Below are positions 1-8,013 of a stretch of DNA of 64,000 nt, one piece after another. The stretch comes from Endomicrobiales bacterium. Its GTDB lineage: Bacteria > Elusimicrobiota > Endomicrobiia > Endomicrobiales > CAWCFT01. A program made the position numbers and the translations under genes. The stretch spans positions 17,704-81,703 of the forward strand of contig CAWCFT010000018.1 of the NCBI GenBank assembly GCA_963794945.1. Direction: 5' to 3'. The first letter of the stretch is position 1; each line of letters starts with the position of its first letter. A model generated the notes under the pieces. It was not told the origin of the DNA and did no database searches. It saw nothing but the letters and a program-made list of their open reading frames with translations.

Positions 1-421
1 CTTCCTGCTCCTGGCCAAGCATGATATAATTCAAAGATGAAAAAACATTTACCATAGCCCGTTCAAAATCTTCGCCGTAATACGGGCGCATGTTGTCGCT
101 TATAAGGAAAGTTGAAGCTTCTGTAGTGACGCTTTTAGTAAAAAGGCTGAGCGAGAGCTTTTTTGCCCGTTCAAAAGCCTGGTTGCTTTCGGTGTAGTTG
201 CCCGCAAGCTGGAGAAGCATGCCGCGGTCAAGATAATACATCAGCGCGTTTTTCTGGCCGTAGATGTCTTCCTTAGATTTTTCAGTTAGTGCGGCCGCGT
301 CAGCGTATTTTTCTCTTGAAACAAGGCCGTTAAGCTCAGTGTAATACGCCGACCTTGTCGCGCAGGAGGCAATAAAGACAAGCGACACCAGCGAACATTT
401 CAATATCTTTGAATATAACAT
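1..421 (-). CDS. COG3014-like TPR lipoprotein (partial, runs off the window edge)
   Basis: Manual translation from ATG 421: MLYSKILKCSLVSLVFIASCATRS...LMYYLDRGMLLQLAGNYTESNQAFERA...PYYGEDFERAMVNVFSSLNY. Has a lipobox and lies directly downstream of the lpoB-like gene. Confidence 0.7.
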   Translation of the reverse strand, partial: MLYSKILKCSLVSLVFIASCATRSAYYTELNGLVSREKYADAAALTEKSKEDIYGQKNALMYYLDRGMLLQLAGNYTESNQAFERAKKLSLSLFTKSVTTEASTFLISDNMRPYYGEDFERAMVNVFSSLNYIMLGQEQE

Positions 422-440
422 TGATACCTCAAAACAAGAG

Positions 441-550
441 AAAGCTCAAAGGTTCAAAAGTTCAAGGGTTAAAATGTAGATTTCAAAACCAGTACTTGAT
501 CTTGAAATTTTACCAGCGGTTATCCTTGAACCTTTGAACTTTGAATTTTT
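441..550. repeat. Intergenic imperfect inverted repeat built from 8-bp units (GTTCAAAG-like)
   Basis: Left arm gctcaaag gttcaaaa gttcaagg gttaaaat; right arm ccttgaac ctttgaac tttgaatt. Confidence 0.7.
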
Positions 551-566
551 TATCTGTATTATATGT

Positions 567-1169
567 TTAGAATTTTGATCCCGGCCGTTTAATGAATTTC
601 TTTATTTTTTTCTGGCCGATCCAGACTTTTTCGTTCGTTAGCATATCAATAAGCTCGAGGTCGACCTGATAATACTTGACCTCTTTGTTGCCGGCTTCGT
701 CTTCTATTGAATTGATCTGTCCTTTGAGCATGAAGTCAGCGCCATATTCATGGCCATTGGCTTTAGCGGTCGCAGGTTCGGCGTTTACAGCCTGTTCGGC
801 GCGTTCATCGCGCACTTCGCCGCGCTGCTCTTTCGACGCCACAAAACCTATACGGCCAGAATTGATCAGTTCCCTCTCAAGGTCTTTAATGAAAGGTTCG
901 GTGTTGATGTGTTCCATGCTCTTGTTGGCCACGGTCCCGACTATAACGCGCGGTTTCGTGTTCTTGGCTGTCTGGAAATCGCTTACCCACGGTCTTGAAA
1001 GGACGTCCGCAATCATCTCTTTCGAGACAAGCTGCGAATCGGTGTCGTTCCAGTTCCCCGAAAGGTCGATCTGCGCCGAGACATCTTCCCTCGTAACTTT
1101 AGGCGTAGAAGCGCACGACGCCAGAGAAAATACCACTGCTGCTGCAGTAAAACAAAAAAATTTACGCAT
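567..1169 (-). CDS. lpoB: Penicillin-binding protein activator LpoB-family lipoprotein
   Basis: Lipobox LASC; motifs DLSGNWNDTD, NKSMEHINT, GADFMLKGQI, YYQVDLELID...KVWIG. Confidence 0.8.
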   Translation of the reverse strand: MRKFFCFTAAAVVFSLASCASTPKVTREDVSAQIDLSGNWNDTDSQLVSKEMIADVLSRPWVSDFQTAKNTKPRVIVGTVANKSMEHINTEPFIKDLERELINSGRIGFVASKEQRGEVRDERAEQAVNAEPATAKANGHEYGADFMLKGQINSIEDEAGNKEVKYYQVDLELIDMLTNEKVWIGQKKIKKFIKRPGSKF

Positions 1170-1232
1170 TTTATTCCTCCTTGTATTATATTGAAAATAT
1201 TTCCATAAGTTTCATCGCCAGTTGAAAATACA

Positions 1233-1439
1233 TTATATCCTGTTCTTTCCGGTAACGGATTTTTCCCTGTTGACACTAAAGGGGCCAAAAACTTTTTGGA
1301 TACCTGTTAAGAATTTTATATATTCGTCCAATGAATGTGAGCATTTAACATTTATGTCCCTTGCTTTAGCAAACATCTTTTTTCTGTAGGGGCTATAAGC
1401 ATCTTCGATCATTTCCTTTTTTTCTTCGTTACTTAACAT
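1233..1439 (-). CDS. Small hypothetical protein overlapping the end of the nucleotidyltransferase gene (possible partner)
   Basis: 68-aa ORF that overlaps the upstream CDS by 11 nt, with the same AT-rich composition. Confidence 0.55.
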   Translation of the reverse strand: MLSNEEKKEMIEDAYSPYRKKMFAKARDINVKCSHSLDEYIKFLTGIQKVFGPFSVNREKSVTGKNRI

Positions 1440-1982
1440 CTTCTACCGCCTTCAGAATTTTATCCAACTCATCTGCCTTCTTGAACAAATCGAAATACTC
1501 TATTACTATCTTCATGTTCAAAGTCTTGCGGTTTACTTTGATAAGGGTTTCAATATCCGACATATCCTTAGCGTATCTTCTCGGATCGTTTATACTCGAC
1601 TGCAGTTTTAGCCCAATAATATCTTCAGGAATAATGATTTTTGTTTTAAACTTGCCTCCAAGGACTTTTTTATCTTTCGCTCTTAAAAGCATTGCTCTAG
1701 AATATTTCCGATGCGCGTGCAAAAAATCAACCTTTCCAAGATCTTCCATTTTTCCCAGATAATTCGATATATCTTCGTTCTCATTAAGAGCTCATACCCG
1801 TAAGACAGCATGATTTTCTTAACTTTTTGCATATCATCTTTTTCCACCAGAAAATCTATATCTGTAGTTGCCCTCGTATAACCCGCCGAATGGAGAGCAA
1901 AACCTCGGATTAATGCAAAAGTTATTTTTTCCTTATTGAATTTTTCAAGAATCAATCTAAAAACTGATTCGAAATCCATCAA
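1429..1982 (-). CDS. Pol-beta-superfamily nucleotidyltransferase (AbiEii/DUF6036-like), frameshifted near 1785
   Basis: FALIRGFAL...RATTDIDFLV motif in 1683-1982; the C-terminal half (PEDIIGLKLQS...KDMSDIE) is in 1429-1749. One added base restores ELLxENEDISNYLGKMED. Confidence 0.7.
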
Positions 1983-1990
1983 CTAAACCT

Positions 1991-3148
1991 CTAATTATGT
2001 ATGATCTTCTTAAATTTCCTTTTTCCGGCCTGAAGCACGCATTCTTTCTGGACCACCAGCACCTGGTCATTTGTCATTTTTTTGCCATCCAGCTTTATCC
2101 CGCCCTGTTCAATGAGCCGCCTTGCTTCATTCTTGCTCTCCACGAGCCCGGAAGCTACCAGGATATCAACAAGCTTTAGCTCCTGCGAACCGCAAACATA
2201 CGTTTCCATATCTTCAGGAATATCTTTTTTCCTAAATACTTTATCGAATTCAACCCGTTCATGTATTGCCGCCTCGCACCCATGATACAGGCTTGTTATC
2301 TCTTCGGCAAGGCTTGCCTTGGCCTCGCGCGGGTGCATCTGTTTTACTTCATTGAGGTCTCTCTGGGTCAGCAGCTCGAAATATTTTATCATGAGCGTGT
2401 CGGATATTGACATGACCTTTCCGAACATATCTTTCGGCGTATCGTTCAGCGCGATATAATTACCGTAGGATTTCGACATCTTCTTTACGCCGTCCGTCCC
2501 TTCAAGGAGCGGCATAGTGATGACCACCTGGGGCTCCTGGCCGAAATCTCTCTGCAGCTCGCGCCCTACAAGAAGGTTGAATTTTTGGTCGTTTCCGCCG
2601 AGCTCGACGTCCGCCTTGATCGCCACTGAATCGTACCCCTGCATCAGCGGGTAGAGGAATTCCACTATGGATATCGGGCTCTCCGCTTCGTATCTCTTGT
2701 GAAAGTCGTCGCGTTCAAGCATCTGTGACACGGTATATTTTCCGGCCAACTTCAACAGCCCTTCTATGCCCATGGGATAAAGCCAGTGGCTGTTAAAAAC
2801 AACTTCCGTCTTGGCCCTGTCGAGTATTTTAAAGACCTGGTCCTGGTAAGTTTTTGAGTTCTTGAGTATCTCTTCTTCGCTCATCATCTTTCTGGTTTCA
2901 GAGCGGCCGGACGGGTCGCCTATGCGGGCCGTAAAATCGCCTATCAAAAACACTATCTGGTGGCCAAGCTCCTGGAACGTGCGGAGCTTATTAAGCAGCA
3001 CCGTGTGTCCGAGGTGGAGGTCGGGGGCGGTCGGGTCCACGCCGAGCTTTATCCTCAAAGGCCTGCCGGTCGAAAGTTTTTTCTTCAGTTCTTCGAAAGA
3101 GATGATCTCATTGGTTCCGCGTTTTATCTTTTCAATTATGTTATCCAT
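1991..3148 (-). CDS. tyrS: Tyrosine--tRNA ligase
   Basis: [13 protein letters not shown] (HIGH motif), [14 protein letters not shown]-terminal S4 domain. Confidence 0.97.
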   Translation of the reverse strand: MDNIIEKIKRGTNEIISFEELKKKLSTGRPLRIKLGVDPTAPDLHLGHTVLLNKLRTFQELGHQIVFLIGDFTARIGDPSGRSETRKMMSEEEILKNSKTYQDQVFKILDRAKTEVVFNSHWLYPMGIEGLLKLAGKYTVSQMLERDDFHKRYEAESPISIVEFLYPLMQGYDSVAIKADVELGGNDQKFNLLVGRELQRDFGQEPQVVITMPLLEGTDGVKKMSKSYGNYIALNDTPKDMFGKVMSISDTLMIKYFELLTQRDLNEVKQMHPREAKASLAEEITSLYHGCEAAIHERVEFDKVFRKKDIPEDMETYVCGSQELKLVDILVASGLVESKNEARRLIEQGGIKLDGKKMTNDQVLVVQKECVLQAGKRKFKKIIHN

Positions 3149-3149
3149 T

Positions 3150-3605
3150 TTACTCCGGTTTTTTCTCCGTTGCTTTTTGCGTTTCCAGTCGTTCTTTTAT
3201 CTTATTGTTCAGGGTTTCCTGAAGTGCCGGGTTATCTTTTGCCAGCCTTTGCACCACTTCGCCTGGCAGGAACAATATTACGCTGTCGGACTCGGCCTTG
3301 ATAGTGGCGGTCGCGGCGCGTGGCGTAAGCAGCGATATTTCGCCAAAATAACTGTTGGGCCCAAGCTCGGCCACCTTAACTTTATCTTTGCCTTTCCTTA
3401 CCATAACCGCGACCGTCCCTTCTTCAACCAGGCACAGCCTTGAAGAGATCTCGCCCTGAAAAAGAACCGTTGCCCCCTGCCTGTAATTTTGTTTTTCAAG
3501 CCCCGCCAGCAGCTGGCCTATCTCGGCTTCAGTACAGACTGAAAAAAGCCCGGTTTTTATTATCGTTTCTTTTGCGAACCGCAAGTCCTGTTCGGTTATT
3601 TCCAT
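3150..3605 (-). CDS. Stand-alone cyclic nucleotide-binding domain protein
   Basis: LFQGE...LVEEGTV...[22 protein letters not shown]; no HTH; abuts tyrS. Confidence 0.85.
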   Translation of the reverse strand: MEITEQDLRFAKETIIKTGLFSVCTEAEIGQLLAGLEKQNYRQGATVLFQGEISSRLCLVEEGTVAVMVRKGKDKVKVAELGPNSYFGEISLLTPRAATATIKAESDSVILFLPGEVVQRLAKDNPALQETLNNKIKERLETQKATEKKPE

Positions 3606-3659
3606 TTTTTGTCCCCGCTTTACCGGAGCGCCGTTTAAAAAGCGGCGCCAACTGTGAAC

Positions 3660-4622
3660 TTATGACGCTAATTCTATAGCCATCTTGTAAAGCGACATAT
3701 CAATATGCTTTTTTTTCTTCATCGCCGTTCTGAATAGGTATATCGGTTATTTTGCCTTGTGTTTTTACTACAAGCCGGTTCTTTTTACCCGATAAAAGCA
3801 GGTCAACGGCCCTTGTGCCGAACTGGCTGGCAAGAATCCTTGACCTTCCTGAGGGACTGCCGCCCCTTTGGATATACCCAAGCGAGCTGACCCTTGTTTC
3901 GTAACCGGTGCTCTTTAGTATTTTTTCCGCGAATTCGTGTGAACTGCCTGCGCCCTCGGCAAAAACCATGACGAGCGAAGTCTTTCCCTTGTGCCTGGCC
4001 TTGCGGAGCTGGCTCGCTATTTTCCCGATGTCGTTTTTACCTCGGGAATAAGTATGAACTCGGCGCCTGACGCAACACCTATTGAAAGAGCGAGAAAACC
4101 GTGTTCTCTTCCCATCACTTCAACTATGAAAACACGTTCGTGGCTTGTCGCTGTGTCGCGGATCTTGTCTATAGCGTAAATGGCGGTGTCGAGCGCGGTG
4201 TCAAAACCGATGGTCTCGTCGGTTCCGTAAATGTCGTTGTCGATCGAGGCGGGGATGTTGATCACCGGAACGCCGTGCTTGGAAAAAGTGTTGCCCGCGG
4301 CAAGCGAACCGTCGCCGCCGATTATAACGAGCCCGTCTATTTTCATGTTTTTGAGATTCTTTAATGCTTTATTGAGCCCAGATGCAGTGCGCACTTCCGG
4401 GCACCTGACGGTTTTAAGTATCGTCCCTCCGCGGTTGATTATGCCGCTGACGGAGCGAAGGCTCATGTGTGAATACTCGTTATCGATCAACCCGCAAAAA
4501 CCTCGCTGTATACCAATGACTTCCAAGCCGCTGTAAATGGCCTTGCGCACAACCGCGCAAATTGCCGCGTTCATGCCTGGAGCGTCACCGCCTGAAGTTA
4601 TTACAGCTATCTTTTTCATCAT
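3660..4622 (-). CDS. pfkA: ATP-dependent 6-phosphofructokinase (frameshifts near 4020 and 3712)
   Basis: TSGGDAPGMN, GGDGS, PASIDND, EVMGR and LGYIQRGG spread over ORFs 4017-4622 and 3700-3969. The C-terminus IDMSLYKMAIELAS* is recovered after a poly-T run. Confidence 0.92.
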
Positions 4623-4673
4623 CGCAGAAATACCTTGTATTGATGTTTCAATTATTTTGGATTTATCACCGGA

Positions 4674-5631
4674 TTATTGCTGAAGTGTTACAAGTCCCCT
4701 GAACTCGTCTAGTATATCCGGGTCCCACCAGCCTTTTCGCGATTCCTCTTCCATTATGGAGAGAGCGACATCCGGAGTAAGCGCCGTCCTGTATGAGCGG
4801 TTTGTTGTTAGCGCGTCATAAACATCTACTATTGCCATGACCCTCGCCACGACCGGCACCTGGCTGCCCTTGAGCCCGTCAGGGTAGCCGGAACCGTCAA
4901 GTTTTTCATGGTGGTATCTTATTATGCTTAACGCCGCTTTCATGGAATTGAGCGGCTTACAGATCTTTTCACCGCGGTCCGGATGGGTGCGGATGGTAGT
5001 GAACTCTTCCGGCGTGAGCCGTCCCGGTTTGTTAAGAATAGCGTCGGGAATGGCTATCTTTCCTATATCGTGGAGAATGCCGCCCTTGTATAATGCGTTC
5101 TGTTCGTCTTCCGGCAGGTTCATCTTGTGCGCCAAAATAACAGCGAACTGGCTGACCCGTTCCGTGTGGCCCTGAGTATAAGTATCTTTCGCTTCTATGG
5201 CGCGGGCAAGCGCGAATATAACGCTCTCGGCGGAGTCTAGCTGGTCGTAAAGTGTTTTTACTTTGAGAAGGGATTTTATGCGGGTGATGAGCTCGATAGA
5301 TTTATAAGGCTTGTTGACGAAATCGTCCGCGCCGGACTCTATGGCCTCGATCTTGTCAGGTGTCTCGGTAAACCCCGTCAGCATTATCACAGGAATGAAA
5401 CGCGTGGAGGTGTTGGCTTTTACCTGCCGGCAAATGTCGCTGCCCGATATCCCGGGCATGTGGTTGTCCAGTATTATCAGGTCTCGGCCGCTCCGAAAAT
5501 ATCTTTTCGCGCGCCGCGTGGCCCTCGCCGGCAGTTATAACTTCGTAACCATTGCCGATCATTATCTGCTCGAGCACGCCCAGCGCCTGCGGGTCGTCGT
5601 CGGCAATAAGTATTATGGGTTTTTTGTCCAT
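4674..5631 (-). CDS. RpfG-like response regulator: receiver domain + HD-GYP c-di-GMP phosphodiesterase (frameshift near 5485)
   Basis: ILIADDD receiver start in 5356-5649; then MPGISG, EAKDTYTQGHTERV, LHDIGKI, HHEKLDGSGYPDGL, VDVYDALTTNRSY. Confidence 0.9.
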
Positions 5632-5639
5632 TAGTTGAG

Positions 5640-5668
5640 ATTCTACCAAAGTCGGCGGGTTATGTCAA
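5640..5668 (-). promoter_or_regulatory. sigma70-type promoter of the HD-GYP regulator
   Basis: TTGACA-17 bp-TAGAAT on the minus strand. Confidence 0.7.
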
Positions 5669-5717
5669 CGTTGGCGCGCTCGGGATCAATTTATTCCCTA
5701 AAGGGTATTTCCAAATT

Positions 5718-5904
5718 AATACTTTGGGGTTGGTCATAAAAAGATCCGCCCCTACGGCTCTGCGGACAAGCTCCAGACATCGCAGCCTTCTTTGGATTTG
5801 AGCCTTCCACTAAGGAAAGGTTCCGCCAAGGCGGATAAACTCCACTCAAAACACTTTTTATCAAGTTAATCGCTCGCTCCTATATAGAAACCCCCAAAGT
5901 TATT
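5718..5904. repeat. Structured intergenic element with terminal inverted repeats (ncRNA or MITE/REP-like)
   Basis: aatactttggggtt pairs with aacccccaaagttatt; nested pairs ataaaaag/ctttttat and tttgag/ctcaaa; hairpins at 5745-5766, 5803-5820 and 5822-5835. Confidence 0.5.
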
Positions 5905-5977
5905 TTTAAGTGAAAACTTTGGCGGGGTTAACTACATATCCATCTATGTGATTTTTCAGAAATTTCACAGTTTTTCC

Positions 5978-6006
5978 TTGACTAGTACCTGTATAAAACT
6001 TATAAT
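5978..6006 (+). promoter_or_regulatory. sigma70-type promoter for the leader ORF and giant gene
   Basis: TTGACT (5978-5983), 17 bp, TATAAT (6001-6006). Confidence 0.75.
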
Positions 6007-6046
6007 TTATCAGATAATATTATAAATATCAGGTAATTACTGTGTA

Positions 6047-6538
6047 TTGCCTGAAAGGAACTATTTTTTGACCTTGAAATTCCTCAATTTATTCGTTTGC
6101 CTTATAACAATTCTGCAGATCACCGCCGCGGGGGTCAGTATATCTCCCGCGCGAGCCGGTTCGTGTGCTCTTTTGGGCACATACACGGCCGATTGCGAGC
6201 GCGTCAACGATTTTGTCGTTTCAACCTCTCCTCTTGGCGAACAATTCAAATGCGCGGCACCTGTAAAACCAAACGCTGATATTTTCTTTGCCATGCCTGA
6301 AATACGTAAGGCAAATGAACAGGCCCTGAAACAGTTCAGGCTTCCTTGCGTTGAGGCAAATTCATTCACCTGCAGTGAGGGTTTCGTGCTGCTGGACAAA
6401 AAATGGTCAGGCCCGCCGGGCCGGTCTTCTCCTCCTATTGCATATTTCATTTTGTTCGCTATAATACTCGCGCTGAGCAATTTGCCTGCGCCTGTTTCTT
6501 GCTTTGCTCGTTCGGTAAACCGCCCGGCTAGACGTTGA
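6047..6538 (+). CDS. Putative membrane-targeted regulatory leader protein upstream of the giant gene
   Basis: 163 aa with a hydrophobic N-terminus, a SGPPGRSSPP segment and a second hydrophobic stretch. It starts 40 nt after the promoter and its stop lies in a terminator loop. Confidence 0.6.
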   Translation: MPERNYFLTLKFLNLFVCLITILQITAAGVSISPARAGSCALLGTYTADCERVNDFVVSTSPLGEQFKCAAPVKPNADIFFAMPEIRKANEQALKQFRLPCVEANSFTCSEGFVLLDKKWSGPPGRSSPPIAYFILFAIILALSNLPAPVSCFARSVNRPARR

Positions 6539-6555
6539 AGCCGGGTTTTTTATTT
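6523..6555 (+). terminator. Intrinsic terminator/attenuator overlapping the leader stop codon
   Basis: Stem CCCGGCT/AGCCGGG with loop AGACGTTGA (contains TGA 6536-6538), followed by TTTTTTATTT. Confidence 0.75.
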
Positions 6556-6606
6556 GCTGAGGCAAATAACCCGCCGATGAGGCGGGTATACTGGTACAAG
6601 GGCTTT

Positions 6607-8013
6607 ATGAACTTCAACAAATTCATTTCCATTATCACAACGGCCTGCTTCCTGGTGTCGTTTATAGCGTCGCCTGCTGTGCAGGCGATGCAGGCGCCAG
6701 TTCCCGGACAGCTGGATTTCAATAAAGCAGCGGAAGGGCTTAACCTACCCGGAACCGTTGGCAGAGTAACCGGCGGCAAGATTTTTGGAGACGGCCTTCT
6801 GGTAATAAATATTCAGGACTTGCACTGCCATGCGGAAGTGCAGAAAAATATAAGCCGCATACTCGAAATGATAGAAGCGCAGTACGGGCTAAAGAATGTC
6901 CTGGTGGAAGGCGCGGCAGGAGATGTGGACACTTCCTGGCTTACCAGCCTTAAAGATAACGCTCTGAAAAAAAAGATAGCCGAAACACTGCTTAACCAAG
7001 GCAGGCTTACCGGCGCCGAGTATTATTCCGTTCTAAACAATAAGCCCCGCCTGCTAAAGGGGCTTGAAGATGAAAAGCTCCATACAGAGAACATCGCGCG
7101 CCTGGGCAAGATCCTTGAGCGCAGGCCGGTGTACGATCAAAAGATCAAAAAACTCACTGAAGACCTTAACTTTTTAGAAGCTAAATATTTCAGCTCACGA
7201 AACAGGAAGTTCAACAAAGCTCTCGAAAGCTATAAAGAGGGCGGAATGACTCCTGAAAAGTATTACACGCTTCTTGTCAAATACGCTGAAAAAATAAACA
7301 ACGGTTCCAACCCTTTCAACCCAGTATTGGCTATAAGGGTAAAGGACTATCCAAATATAGCCGGCTATCTAAATATGATTGAAGCTGGCAAGCGTATAAG
7401 ATACAACCGGGTAGGATACCAACTGCAGGGTTTTGTACAACAACTGAAAGCCAAACTACCCTACAATGAATATACTAAACTGATAGAAAAAACAAACAAT
7501 TTTGCGAAGCTTGACCAGGCCTACCTATCGCTGGCCCAGATATCAGAACAGTACCACATGCATCTTGAAGGCGAATATCCAGACCTTGCCGCTTTCTTTG
7601 AGTACCTTGAAAAGGGGCGGAAGGTCAACCCGATGGCTTTGATAGATGAGGAGAGGCGGCTTACTGAAGCCGTGCGCATAGGCCTTGCGCGAAATGTTGC
7701 GGAATTAGAAGTGTCATTTGCCGCTGATTTCTTCGTGTGTTTTAAAGATTACCTGCTCAACAGGCTTTCCGCGGATGATTACGAGTATTTCACCCAGCGG
7801 TTCGATAAGTTCAAAACTATCTGGGGCAAGTACGTTTACGCGAACCGCCTTAATGATATGTCTGCCGATTTCGCCCTTCTTGATGAGTTCTACCGCGTTA
7901 ACAACGAACGCAGCCGCAGCTTTTACAGAGCATGGCAAATTGCATTAAGTGCCCTTCAGCAGGGGAAGAAAACCCCAGCTGCACGGATGTTACAGCTTCC
8001 CTCCCCCGGCTGA
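6607..8013 (+). CDS. Giant protein segment 1: signal peptide + ChaN/EreA/TIKI-like N-terminal domain
   Basis: MNFNKFISIITTACFLVSFIASPAVQA; IQDLHCHAEVQKNI...VLVEGAAG...LKGLED. The closing GGFH motif is in the next ORF. Confidence 0.7.
   Translation: MNFNKFISIITTACFLVSFIASPAVQAMQAPVPGQLDFNKAAEGLNLPGTVGRVTGGKIFGDGLLVINIQDLHCHAEVQKNISRILEMIEAQYGLKNVLVEGAAGDVDTSWLTSLKDNALKKKIAETLLNQGRLTGAEYYSVLNNKPRLLKGLEDEKLHTENIARLGKILERRPVYDQKIKKLTEDLNFLEAKYFSSRNRKFNKALESYKEGGMTPEKYYTLLVKYAEKINNGSNPFNPVLAIRVKDYPNIAGYLNMIEAGKRIRYNRVGYQLQGFVQQLKAKLPYNEYTKLIEKTNNFAKLDQAYLSLAQISEQYHMHLEGEYPDLAAFFEYLEKGRKVNPMALIDEERRLTEAVRIGLARNVAELEVSFAADFFVCFKDYLLNRLSADDYEYFTQRFDKFKTIWGKYVYANRLNDMSADFALLDEFYRVNNERSRSFYRAWQIALSALQQGKKTPAARMLQLPSPG

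Noticed and set aside
3660..4622. PPi-dependent phosphofructokinase to match the acetate kinase
   Set aside because: It has GGDGS and PASIDND rather than the GGDD and PKTIDND signatures, so it is ATP type.
6535..6606. TTG start at 6535 for the giant gene
   Set aside because: It lies inside the terminator hairpin; ATG 6607 gives a proper signal peptide.
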